Positions 18,874-27,489 of a stretch of DNA of 54,113 bases are shown here, in pieces. The position numbers and the translations under genes were made by a program. Each line of letters begins with the position of its first letter. Positions within the stretch are counted from its first letter, which is position 1. Source of the stretch: a virus (lineage: Duplodnaviria > Caudoviricetes); the IMG/VR virus record IMGVR_UViG_3300027797_000037, positions 1 to 54,113 of that record; one strand, written 5' to 3'. The notes beneath the pieces were generated by a model, which saw only the letters and a list, made by a program, of their open reading frames with translations, was not told the origin of the DNA and did not search any database.

Positions 18874-20865
18874 CACCTGGTTGCTTGTGTACTCAACTTC
18901 TTCTAGGCTTCTAATTCTCCACACAGAGTTCATTGGAAGCCAAGAAATTAGGGTGTCTGCCAATCGTGCAATTTTGGTTGGCTTGTTGTAGTACATGTGG
19001 GTAAACGATGCGCTTGGTGTTCCTTCCCAAAAAGCCCCGATGTCTACAGGAAGATCTCCGTCAAAATACTCTGTGCCTTTTAACCCAATAACGCCAAATT
19101 CTTCAAGGTCTGTAGCAGGGTTTACTGAGGGGCCATACACAGCAACCCCTCCTTTTTCAAATTGAACACAGTCAATAAACACACTAGTAGAAGTTCCTTG
19201 AATAGAAAATGATGGGGTTACTGTTATGTCTGTCAAGTCGTTAGGAAGTACTTTGCTGACGTAACAACGTTGCCACTCACCCTCAGTTGAGGGAAACGTC
19301 GAGTAAGTGACTGATGTCCCAGACGTTATTGTGACTGTAACGTCAACGTCAGAGTTTACGTACGCAGACAAGGTGTAATACTTTCCTGGAACTAACCCAT
19401 CTTCAATTGTCAAAGGGTTTGCTTCTAAAACCCAATCTGTACCTGAGATTTTTGCAGAGTATGCGCCAGTATGGGCATCGTCTGGGATATTTGGATCTCT
19501 TGTCAATGTTCCATCAGTTAAAGTCCAGTTAGTTGCATCCTCTTCAAATGAAGGATTTAAAACAAAATTAGTTTTATTAGGGGTAAGAAATACGTCGACT
19601 GCTCGTGCCTCATCAAACGCAGCAACTGTTCCTGGTTGAAAACATATTTGGTCAATGTAGTAGGTGCCTGATGCAGAGTAACTAATCTCTAGGGAAGCAT
19701 AAGCCGACAATAACGGAGAAGTAACAGCAAAGTCACTTCTACTCCAAACAGATCCCGCAGTTGCTGGAGTTGAAGTACTGGTTGAAATTAATACGCCTTT
19801 TATATTAAACCATTTAATCACAATTCCAATAGTGCCATCACTTCCAGGAGATTTTTTCTGTAAGGAGACAACGTAATCTGTGTCTTCTTTTACTGGAACT
19901 CCTCTGCGAATCGGGTTTGTAGTTCCATTTACCATTTTGCCAGCACCAGAACTACCTACAATTTTACAAGCATGCGTAGTATCTACAGCGTTCACATGTG
20001 GTTCAGGAACCTGCTCTATTGAAGAAGATAAAGTTGCGGTTGAAGATACCCAGTTTCCTACTCCTCTGTAAAAAGTAGAGTCTTGAAAAGTAAGCATAAG
20101 ATTTGTGGACACAGTGATAACTGGTGCATAACTTGTTAGTGACTCTACGTACGTGGACAATCCAATTGGGATTCCTTTATTTTTGTACAAAAACAATGCT
20201 TCTCTAACAAGTACTTTTTGATTTTTAATTGGTATTCCTGATTCTGAAGGTAAACCTAACGCACGTGTTTGATTTCGTAGCAGTGAAAAAGGAATTTCAT
20301 CTTGTGACCGTTGCGGCAACATTGCGTCTGCATAGGTTAACAATTGTTCGTGCGTAAAAGAAAACCCATCTAAAAATAATGCTAAATCAGAGTCTGTGTT
20401 TACAGTTCCAAGTGGGCTTTGCTCGTCGCTTGTATAAACTCTAGGAAGTATATCTAACAACTTTTTTTGAGTCTCATGGTTACTTGGAATTAGATCATTA
20501 ACTTCACCTGCTTTTACCCAAATATTTTGATCAGTAAACAACCACATAGTGTAGTAAACCTGTTTACCTGACATTAAAGGAATTGAATCAGGGTTTTCAA
20601 ACCCATCATCAAACTCTTGTTTAAAAACTGTTCCTTCTGTTGCATACTTTTCCCATACAATAACCCCGTCTTCAGAATTTTCAGAAAAACCATTTTGATT
20701 TCTGGTTAATCTAATCCTAGTAAATTCTCCAGCAGGATCTTGCCAAGTTACCGCAACTTCTGTAAACGAGACAACAGTTGAACGCATTGGTTCAACAGAG
20801 TAAGAAAGTTTTGGTGCATCACCGTACGTGTTTGTACTATAGATAAAATTGCCGTATTTAGCCAT
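18871..20865 (-). CDS. Baseplate wedge/tail protein (gpI-like) with carbohydrate-binding-like domains
   Basis: LLDILPRVY...LVREALFLYKNKG; NFVLNPSFE..W and YTLSAYV CBM-like motifs. Confidence 0.75.
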   Translation of the reverse strand: MAKYGNFIYSTNTYGDAPKLSYSVEPMRSTVVSFTEVAVTWQDPAGEFTRIRLTRNQNGFSENSEDGVIVWEKYATEGTVFKQEFDDGFENPDSIPLMSGKQVYYTMWLFTDQNIWVKAGEVNDLIPSNHETQKKLLDILPRVYTSDEQSPLGTVNTDSDLALFLDGFSFTHEQLLTYADAMLPQRSQDEIPFSLLRNQTRALGLPSESGIPIKNQKVLVREALFLYKNKGIPIGLSTYVESLTSYAPVITVSTNLMLTFQDSTFYRGVGNWVSSTATLSSSIEQVPEPHVNAVDTTHACKIVGSSGAGKMVNGTTNPIRRGVPVKEDTDYVVSLQKKSPGSDGTIGIVIKWFNIKGVLISTSTSTPATAGSVWSRSDFAVTSPLLSAYASLEISYSASGTYYIDQICFQPGTVAAFDEARAVDVFLTPNKTNFVLNPSFEEDATNWTLTDGTLTRDPNIPDDAHTGAYSAKISGTDWVLEANPLTIEDGLVPGKYYTLSAYVNSDVDVTVTITSGTSVTYSTFPSTEGEWQRCYVSKVLPNDLTDITVTPSFSIQGTSTSVFIDCVQFEKGGVAVYGPSVNPATDLEEFGVIGLKGTEYFDGDLPVDIGAFWEGTPSASFTHMYYNKPTKIARLADTLISWLPMNSVWRIRSLEEVEYTSNQV

Positions 20866-20878
20866 TTGTTACTACTCC

Positions 20879-21268
20879 TTATGATGCAGCAAGATCGCCT
20901 GTAAGTGCCCATTCATTAGCAGCGATTTTAATGAGTGAAACTTCAGCGTATTGTCCTGAGATCTTTACGTAACTTGATCTAGACCTCAAGGTTACTCCAA
21001 CAGCAGCAGTAACTGATACTGCGCCTGATCCTTTTTGAAAAAGAACAAAGGTTTGACCAATTGTAAAGTTGTAAGTAGTTTCTGCAGGTACTGTTACCGT
21101 TACAGCAGATCCGCTTGTAAAAACAACTTCTTTTCCAGCGTCTGCTTCTGCCAAGGTGTACGACGTTCCTGAGACTGTTTGAATACCTCGTTGACTAGAT
21201 CCTGCAACAGAAACTGCTAAATCAACCCATTCTGATCCTGTATAAACTTGCGCTGATTTATAAGCCAT
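20879..21268 (-). CDS. Small tail-fibre-associated structural protein
   Basis: YTLAEADAGK...F.IGQ...QKGSG...WALTGDLA; paralog of 37880..38245. Confidence 0.7.
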   Translation of the reverse strand: MAYKSAQVYTGSEWVDLAVSVAGSSQRGIQTVSGTSYTLAEADAGKEVVFTSGSAVTVTVPAETTYNFTIGQTFVLFQKGSGAVSVTAAVGVTLRSRSSYVKISGQYAEVSLIKIAANEWALTGDLAAS

Positions 21269-22020
21269 TACATTCCTCCTAAAAGAAAGGGACTAAGAAG
21301 GTCAGTTACTGAGTCAACAGGTACTGAGATAGAAACATTTGCAGAGCCATCAAAAGATGTTCCGTTAATAGTTCTTGCAGTGGCTAATTTTGTAGCAGTG
21401 GCAGCATTGCCTGGAATATCAGAAGACCAAGTTGTTGCATAGTTGGTTCCAGAACTTTTTGCTAAAACTTGACCAGTTGTACCGCCTGCAGGGACAGTAG
21501 CAGCCTCAGCAATAACTCCAGGGGTAGAGGTAGAGTTAACCCAAATTGTTCCAGCGGGAACAGAAGATGGCTGAGTAGACGCGTAGACTACGGGTACTAC
21601 TTGCTTACCACTTGTGTACAAGTTTCCAGCAGCGTCCACTTTAGAAACCACTGTTCCAGCAGATGTTTGAAACTCAACGAGTGAGGCTGTTTGGCTACTA
21701 ACTGCCTTAACTATTAGGCTAGTAGAGGTAGTGGCGGTACTTTGGATCGTGCTTCCGCCATCAGCCTGGACGTAGTTAGCATAAACTTCGCCTAAACCAA
21801 ATTCAATGTTTTCTAAACGGTCTTTTAACGAGTTCCAAACGGTCACTGTTTGATCAAACTCACCGTTCCAGTCACTGCTTGTACTGATATAGGTTCCCAA
21901 GTTTACTTCAAGTGCAAGAACTTCAGTTTGAAGAGTGTTGATGTGCTCTGCCACAACTGTGTCAGTAAAGTCAATTTTATCAATTAACAAATTTGCTGGT
22001 GGGGTGCCTGGATAACCCAT
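21268..22020 (-). CDS. Tail fibre protein
   Basis: AEHINTLQTEV, GGTTGQVLAK, GNAATATKLATARTINGTSFDGSANV fibre motifs. Confidence 0.75.
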   Translation of the reverse strand: MGYPGTPPANLLIDKIDFTDTVVAEHINTLQTEVLALEVNLGTYISTSSDWNGEFDQTVTVWNSLKDRLENIEFGLGEVYANYVQADGGSTIQSTATTSTSLIVKAVSSQTASLVEFQTSAGTVVSKVDAAGNLYTSGKQVVPVVYASTQPSSVPAGTIWVNSTSTPGVIAEAATVPAGGTTGQVLAKSSGTNYATTWSSDIPGNAATATKLATARTINGTSFDGSANVSISVPVDSVTDLLSPFLLGGM

Positions 22021-22080
22021 GTGTGACTTCCTTTCAAACCGTAATGCTCTATTTTCGTTGGTTTACGCTTTAATTACTTG

Positions 22081-22557
22081 CTAAACCCCGTGGGTATGTC
22101 CAATTGCTGCTTTTCCAGGCATTTGTGACTCTAAAGATGTGATGCGCTCTTCGTGATTTTTAAGTTTGTTTGCCATTAATAGGAGAGTGTCAGTCAGGTC
22201 AACTTCCATAGTTCCATCAGGCATTGCATTTATTTTTAAATACGGAGTTAGAGCAGTAATAACTATTGAGTTTTGTAATGGTTTTACATAAATCTGTTTG
22301 TTATCCCCTTGATTTTTTCCAAAAACCCCAAGCCACATAGGGTAGTCAGGATCCCCACCAATATAGATAACCCAAACACCTTGACCAATTACGGGGGGCT
22401 CTGTGTGGATACTGGAAGGTTCGGAAGGCCAAACCCACCCTGTAACTTCGTTTCCAGTAGTTTGTACTTGAAGCCTTAACCTACGAAGGTTTTCAGGGTC
22501 TTTATTGTCCCTAACAGTGGCTCTGTATATTCCAGTAAACTTTTTAGAGTCATCCAC
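22081..22557 (-). CDS. Baseplate spike, gp5/gpV OB-fold protein
   Basis: GIYRATVRDNKDP...P.IGQGVWV...GGDPDYPMWLG; terminal HTH His pair. Confidence 0.85.
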   Translation of the reverse strand: MDDSKKFTGIYRATVRDNKDPENLRRLRLQVQTTGNEVTGWVWPSEPSSIHTEPPVIGQGVWVIYIGGDPDYPMWLGVFGKNQGDNKQIYVKPLQNSIVITALTPYLKINAMPDGTMEVDLTDTLLLMANKLKNHEERITSLESQMPGKAAIGHTHGV

Positions 22558-24137
22558 TACACAGCGCCAATGTTTACGTTTGCTTCTTGAAAACGAAATA
22601 TTTCTCCTGGCAAACCTTCTAAGGTCAATACCCCTGATCCTCCTTCGCGGTGAAGGTCTACCACACGAACATTTTTTACGCCCCTAGCAGTTTGCAAAGT
22701 TGCTTCAATGTGTTGTGGGGGTATGGTCTGTTCAAAAAACATTCCTGAATAACCATAAACGTCTAAAAGTTTTCTTTTAATATTGGCAGTAACTTCAGTA
22801 GCAGTATATTGTCTTTGTTTTTCAAATAAAATACTGATTATCGCATCAACGTATGTTGGGGGTGCAACAGTTACAGTTGTACCTATTAGTAATTTACTTG
22901 TTTCAGGTGACCCATTTAAAAAGTCTTCTAAGTCTTCTTTTAAATTAAGCCATCCAATTGTAGGTTCTCCTTCTGAATCTAACCCAGGAGCCAAGTCTTG
23001 GTCATCCGCATCTACGTTTGGTGCGATGTACAAGGTAACGGAAGTCCAAACGTCTGCAGTTGCGTTTGCTTTAGATACTCCGTTTCCACTTGTTGGAACT
23101 CCTAATGCTAAATCTGCATAATCTTGTAAAGTAACCGCTCTATTATTTGCCCGTAGATTTAATGGCGCATTAAAACGGATCTGCTCTGTTGATTCAGGGC
23201 TAGACCCTCCAACACCTACAGCAGAGTTTGTTACTGTAATGCTTGATTGAATTGCTGTTGTTTCGGCATCACTTAATCCTGGTATGTAAACAATTTCGTT
23301 TAAAACGTTTACTTTTACGTTTCCAATATTTCCGCCACCAATAGTGTACTTTGCACGTATTTCTGAATACAGGGTAGGAATTGAACCCGATACTCCGTCT
23401 CCAAAATTTACGTAAACAATGTCGTCTTCGTCAGTAAAAGATGAAAACACTAAATCATTTGGGCCGTAATCAAAGAGGTGCTGTACACCTTCCCATTTAA
23501 CAAACTCAGTTCCTTCTTGCACATAGATTTCGATACTTCCATTGATAACAGGTACTTCCCCAAGTTCAAACAACATATTAGGTATTCCTGCTGACGTACC
23601 AATTAATTCTCCGTCGCTAGTTGCGTTGTCTGCAACATGCACTACTGACCGACCATGTAAACCTAAGACAGTGGCAGTACCTGGAATACCATCTTCTTGA
23701 GCGTAAATGTACGCATCACCTGATGTTGTAAACATTACTGTTTGAACGGTATCACCAATCTTTATTTCTCCAGAGACAATAGTGCCGTCTGGTATTGTTA
23801 CATTTGTTGTAGAACTGTTTGAAAAAGTTAAAGTAGTTGTACTTTGACTGTAACCTGCTGGGGAATAACCAAAAGTTTGAGCAAGATTTAAAACGCTACG
23901 TCTTTGAGTAGCGGTTCCAATAAATGCCTCGTTAGCCGTACGATCAATGTAATACGCCATTAGATCGCCAAGATAAGCAAATGCCTCTATTAACGCTACG
24001 CCAAAATCAGCGGCGTCGTCCCCAGTCCAATCGGGTATGCGAGCCTTAACACGTGCAATTAGATCTTCTCTAATTGAGTAAAAATCTTTACTTGTGTAGT
24101 CTACTGAAATTGGAATTGACGATGCTGCAGATGTCAT
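22557..24137 (-). CDS. Baseplate J/gp6-like wedge protein
   Basis: DYTSKDF, DFGVALIE, FGDGVSG, RAVTLQDY. Confidence 0.92.
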   Translation of the reverse strand: MTSAASSIPISVDYTSKDFYSIREDLIARVKARIPDWTGDDAADFGVALIEAFAYLGDLMAYYIDRTANEAFIGTATQRRSVLNLAQTFGYSPAGYSQSTTTLTFSNSSTTNVTIPDGTIVSGEIKIGDTVQTVMFTTSGDAYIYAQEDGIPGTATVLGLHGRSVVHVADNATSDGELIGTSAGIPNMLFELGEVPVINGSIEIYVQEGTEFVKWEGVQHLFDYGPNDLVFSSFTDEDDIVYVNFGDGVSGSIPTLYSEIRAKYTIGGGNIGNVKVNVLNEIVYIPGLSDAETTAIQSSITVTNSAVGVGGSSPESTEQIRFNAPLNLRANNRAVTLQDYADLALGVPTSGNGVSKANATADVWTSVTLYIAPNVDADDQDLAPGLDSEGEPTIGWLNLKEDLEDFLNGSPETSKLLIGTTVTVAPPTYVDAIISILFEKQRQYTATEVTANIKRKLLDVYGYSGMFFEQTIPPQHIEATLQTARGVKNVRVVDLHREGGSGVLTLEGLPGEIFRFQEANVNIGAV

Positions 24138-24541
24138 GATGAGATCTCCTCATAAAATGGGTTAGTTGAATCTATGATTAAAAATCCTATTTCCGTGTTT
24201 ACTTCTTTTTTGTCTGGAAGCGAATAGGTTATTAGAACCTTTATCTCTCCTGAAACATCGTCAGGTGTTACTGTAACATCCCCCAGTTCTAACGCCGAAA
24301 GCCATTCAGGAAATGCTTGTTCTATAGTGTTTTGTATTTCTACGCTTGCGATATCTTGGTTATTAAATATAGTAAAAGGAATGTTAGTACCAAAGTCTGG
24401 CTGCATTACGCGCTCTCGAAGAGCGGTTCCAATAACCGACCTAACCCGATCTCCCCAAAATTTTTGTGGCGTCTCTGCTTTGGCAATATTTCCAAAAGAG
24501 TCAAGTGAAAAGGGTAAAGAAATTGCCGATTGTGTGTTCAT
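24134..24541 (-). CDS. gp25/gpW-like baseplate protein
   Basis: T..RERVMQPDFG motif. Confidence 0.88.
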   Translation of the reverse strand: MNTQSAISLPFSLDSFGNIAKAETPQKFWGDRVRSVIGTALRERVMQPDFGTNIPFTIFNNQDIASVEIQNTIEQAFPEWLSALELGDVTVTPDDVSGEIKVLITYSLPDKKEVNTEIGFLIIDSTNPFYEEISS

Positions 24542-25788
24542 CTGTTTACCCACCTTCTTGGAGTTACGTTAAACCCAGAGTCTGTTTGAGAAATCATGGC
24601 TGCTTGTGCTGTTAGTTTAGTATAACTTGCTCTGGTTGTGGTCCCTGTCCCTTCATCCGATAGGTCCATGGTTGGAATTAACGCCGCCTTGCTTGGTCTC
24701 ATACTGCTGGCTTTGTTTCCATGCGTACCATCTGTCATGCAAGTAAACTCAACGCTGTAACGACCATCAAAACTAACAAAATGAATTACCTTTTTAATAA
24801 CCCAAAAACCATCTGAGTTTCCTTTAGTTCCAGAGACATGGACAGTTCTGTAGGGAGCCATACGTGGGTCCCCTTGCCCGTTCCCTTGAGCCTCCATAGA
24901 AAATCTAGATAGTTCTGCTTTGGCTTTTGCAATCAATTCGGCAGCATTTTTATTTCCAGAGTTTGTTGTTGGTAAAGTTTCAGAAAAAAGTGGATCTTTT
25001 GTTTTGTTGCGTAGTTGTTTACCCGTTTTAGTTGCAGAGGAAGTACTTGAGTATTGTTTTCCAGTTACAGGATCAATACCATTTATAGTTTTATAATTTC
25101 TAGAATTTGAGTCTGTATCAAAATGATCTCCAATTTTTGGTACAAAAAGGTCTAATGTTTGTGAATCAGGGTTATTGTACTGTGTAGTGTAGTTATTGTT
25201 TATAGAAAGAATTGGAATAGCAGACATATGTTTATTAATCATAATATCTAAAGGATGAAAATGTAACTCTGTACCGTGTACTTGACAAACATAACCTACT
25301 TTTGAAGCAAGTTCTTGTAATTTTTCCCAATAAGTATGGCCCGACAAAGATTGTTGACTAAAACGTAATGGGTGATTTGTAACTACTGGTTTTAGTCTAA
25401 ACTTTTTTGCAATTTCAATTGCAATTTCAGATGCAGTTTTATTTACCCATATTTTAGATCCGCCCTCTTTCAAAGGAAAAGAAGCACCAACAACTGTAAT
25501 TACAACAAAGTTTTCTAAAGCCTGACTTGAACGCATAGAAACGCTGTGAACGTAGCCAAAAAACTTTCCTTTTGTTTTATCGTTGTTCCATATAATTGAA
25601 ACTGGAGTTCCAGTTTTTAAGGCTTTAAAATAAAAGTCTCTTCCTTGAGCGTACCTAAGTTCCACAACGTCGTGTTTTCCAACCTCTTGATGAAGTTTAA
25701 AGTTGTAAACAGGAACATTAAAACTTGGAAAATCTGGATACGTTACTGAAATAGATGAGGTTATTCTGTTTTGGGTTTGTCTAATCAC
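24538..25788 (-). CDS. Baseplate hub (gp27/gpD-like)
   Basis: TASEIAIEIA, Q..TYWEKLQELA, GDPRMAP, GFWVIKKVIH. Confidence 0.82.
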   Translation of the reverse strand: MIRQTQNRITSSISVTYPDFPSFNVPVYNFKLHQEVGKHDVVELRYAQGRDFYFKALKTGTPVSIIWNNDKTKGKFFGYVHSVSMRSSQALENFVVITVVGASFPLKEGGSKIWVNKTASEIAIEIAKKFRLKPVVTNHPLRFSQQSLSGHTYWEKLQELASKVGYVCQVHGTELHFHPLDIMINKHMSAIPILSINNNYTTQYNNPDSQTLDLFVPKIGDHFDTDSNSRNYKTINGIDPVTGKQYSSTSSATKTGKQLRNKTKDPLFSETLPTTNSGNKNAAELIAKAKAELSRFSMEAQGNGQGDPRMAPYRTVHVSGTKGNSDGFWVIKKVIHFVSFDGRYSVEFTCMTDGTHGNKASSMRPSKAALIPTMDLSDEGTGTTTRASYTKLTAQAAMISQTDSGFNVTPRRWVNR

Positions 25789-26065
25789 GAGGAATCCTAA
25801 TCTTTGTTCCTATTGAAATATTAAATGGGTCAAGAATGTCTGGATTTATATCCATAAGATTCCACCATAAATCCGCACGCCCCATGTATTCTAAAGCCAC
25901 AAGATCAATGCGGTCTGTTTCTACCCAGGTGTGATAAGTAAAAGGAGTACTGTAAGAAGGCCATTGACGAAAAACAGTTTTTTTGTACTTACCATCACGA
26001 GCATCATAAGCAGTAAAGCGAACACTTCCATCTTCAGCGTATCTGCTGTCATAAAAAATAGTCAT
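25781..26065 (-). CDS. LysM/gpX-like baseplate protein
   Basis: DRIDLVA..Y.G..LWW..D.NP..DPF..IGTKIRIP. Confidence 0.85.
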   Translation of the reverse strand: MTIFYDSRYAEDGSVRFTAYDARDGKYKKTVFRQWPSYSTPFTYHTWVETDRIDLVALEYMGRADLWWNLMDINPDILDPFNISIGTKIRIPRD

Positions 26066-26073
26066 AACATCCT

Positions 26074-27489
26074 CTACGTGTCTTTTGGTTTAGGAAAGTC
26101 GTTAAATCGTCGAACAGTCATATTTACTGTTGACAGTATCGGTACCATTCGAGAGTTAAAGACAGCGTGGTTTATTGAAAGTTCTTGAATTTGAACTTTG
26201 TATCGCATACCTGCACCAAGGTGTAGTTCTACAACGGTTGGACGGATCCAACCTCTATCCGCTGTCATTCCGTTTATATTAGACCTAAAATCACCGTTTG
26301 GACCCATAATTGTGCGAAACAGATATTCAAGGTCGTACATAGTTCCACGTTCGTAAATCATTTTTCGGTCTTCTTCACTTACGGGCGTTGGATATGCGCC
26401 TAAAACTGTATTCATTGGATTTGGGTTATTTAGTGTGTCTGTTAATTTTTTATCACCTGGACTTGTGTATTTTCCATTTTCATCTATATTGTTAAAATCT
26501 TCAATACGATTTAACATAAGACTAAACGAAACGGTACTAGCCATAAGACCGACAGACATTGGAAAAGACTTATCGGCTCCACTTGCCTCAAAAGAAGGAA
26601 CGGTTTGGCTCACTTGGCCCCAGGCTAAACCTACAGAGGTTGGGTTGTACAAAAATCTAAATCCATATAAGTTATTGTCAAATTTCCTATACGTTTTATC
26701 TTTTGCTTTTTTCGCAGCCGCTGCTCTGTCGGATTCTGCAATTTTAGTTGGAGCCATCATCTGGGCAAATTCGTAATTCATTTGAATAGTTCCAATGCCT
26801 CCAACCACACCTTTCCAAGCATTGTTTGCATCTGTAAATTTAAAACGATCCATAGTTGTTCCAGATTGTAACTTATCCTGAATACCACTAAAAGAAAAGT
26901 ATGCTTCTTTTACCATAGGGGCGTTGTACTTATATTTGCCTACTGTCATCTGTACTGGTGGGGCCACTTCTTCTGTGCCGTCTTCCGTACCTTTAGGAGG
27001 TACATAAGGTGTGGTGTCATTTTTGTCGTCAGGTTTTGTAACTACTGGCGGACCGCTCCAAGAAGAGCCGTGTCCTGATGGCAATCGAAGTTTTGCCTTT
27101 TCTTGACTTCTTTTGATTTCAGCGGCTTTCTTTAATTCTTGTGTCTTTTTAAGGCTTGCAATAGCAGAATCTAAAATTTTTTGTTGGGCATTAACAGCGC
27201 GTACTCGCCTGTCAAACTCAACACCCTCTTCATATGACCGTGGAATTGGATGATCGGAGTTGTACGAAGTTACCATAAATTTAAGTGCTGTTAACGTGTT
27301 TGTTTCAGCAGTAATTAGACCAGTGAGAGATTCAACTTTTTTCTGATATACAAAAATTTCAGTGTCAAGTTTTTTAATTCTTTCATTAGTCTTTTTTCTT
27401 TCAACCTCGCGGTCGTGTTGTGTTTGAGCCTTAGTGTCATTTTTGTCCGCTGTTACTGCGTCATCGTAGGCATCAGCCTGTGTTGCCAT
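26074..27489 (-). CDS. Tail tube initiator-like baseplate protein with N-terminal coiled coil
   Basis: FRFLYNPTSV...V.IQELSINHAVFN..MVP..S.V; follows tape measure. Confidence 0.65.
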   Translation of the reverse strand: MATQADAYDDAVTADKNDTKAQTQHDREVERKKTNERIKKLDTEIFVYQKKVESLTGLITAETNTLTALKFMVTSYNSDHPIPRSYEEGVEFDRRVRAVNAQQKILDSAIASLKKTQELKKAAEIKRSQEKAKLRLPSGHGSSWSGPPVVTKPDDKNDTTPYVPPKGTEDGTEEVAPPVQMTVGKYKYNAPMVKEAYFSFSGIQDKLQSGTTMDRFKFTDANNAWKGVVGGIGTIQMNYEFAQMMAPTKIAESDRAAAAKKAKDKTYRKFDNNLYGFRFLYNPTSVGLAWGQVSQTVPSFEASGADKSFPMSVGLMASTVSFSLMLNRIEDFNNIDENGKYTSPGDKKLTDTLNNPNPMNTVLGAYPTPVSEEDRKMIYERGTMYDLEYLFRTIMGPNGDFRSNINGMTADRGWIRPTVVELHLGAGMRYKVQIQELSINHAVFNSRMVPILSTVNMTVRRFNDFPKPKDT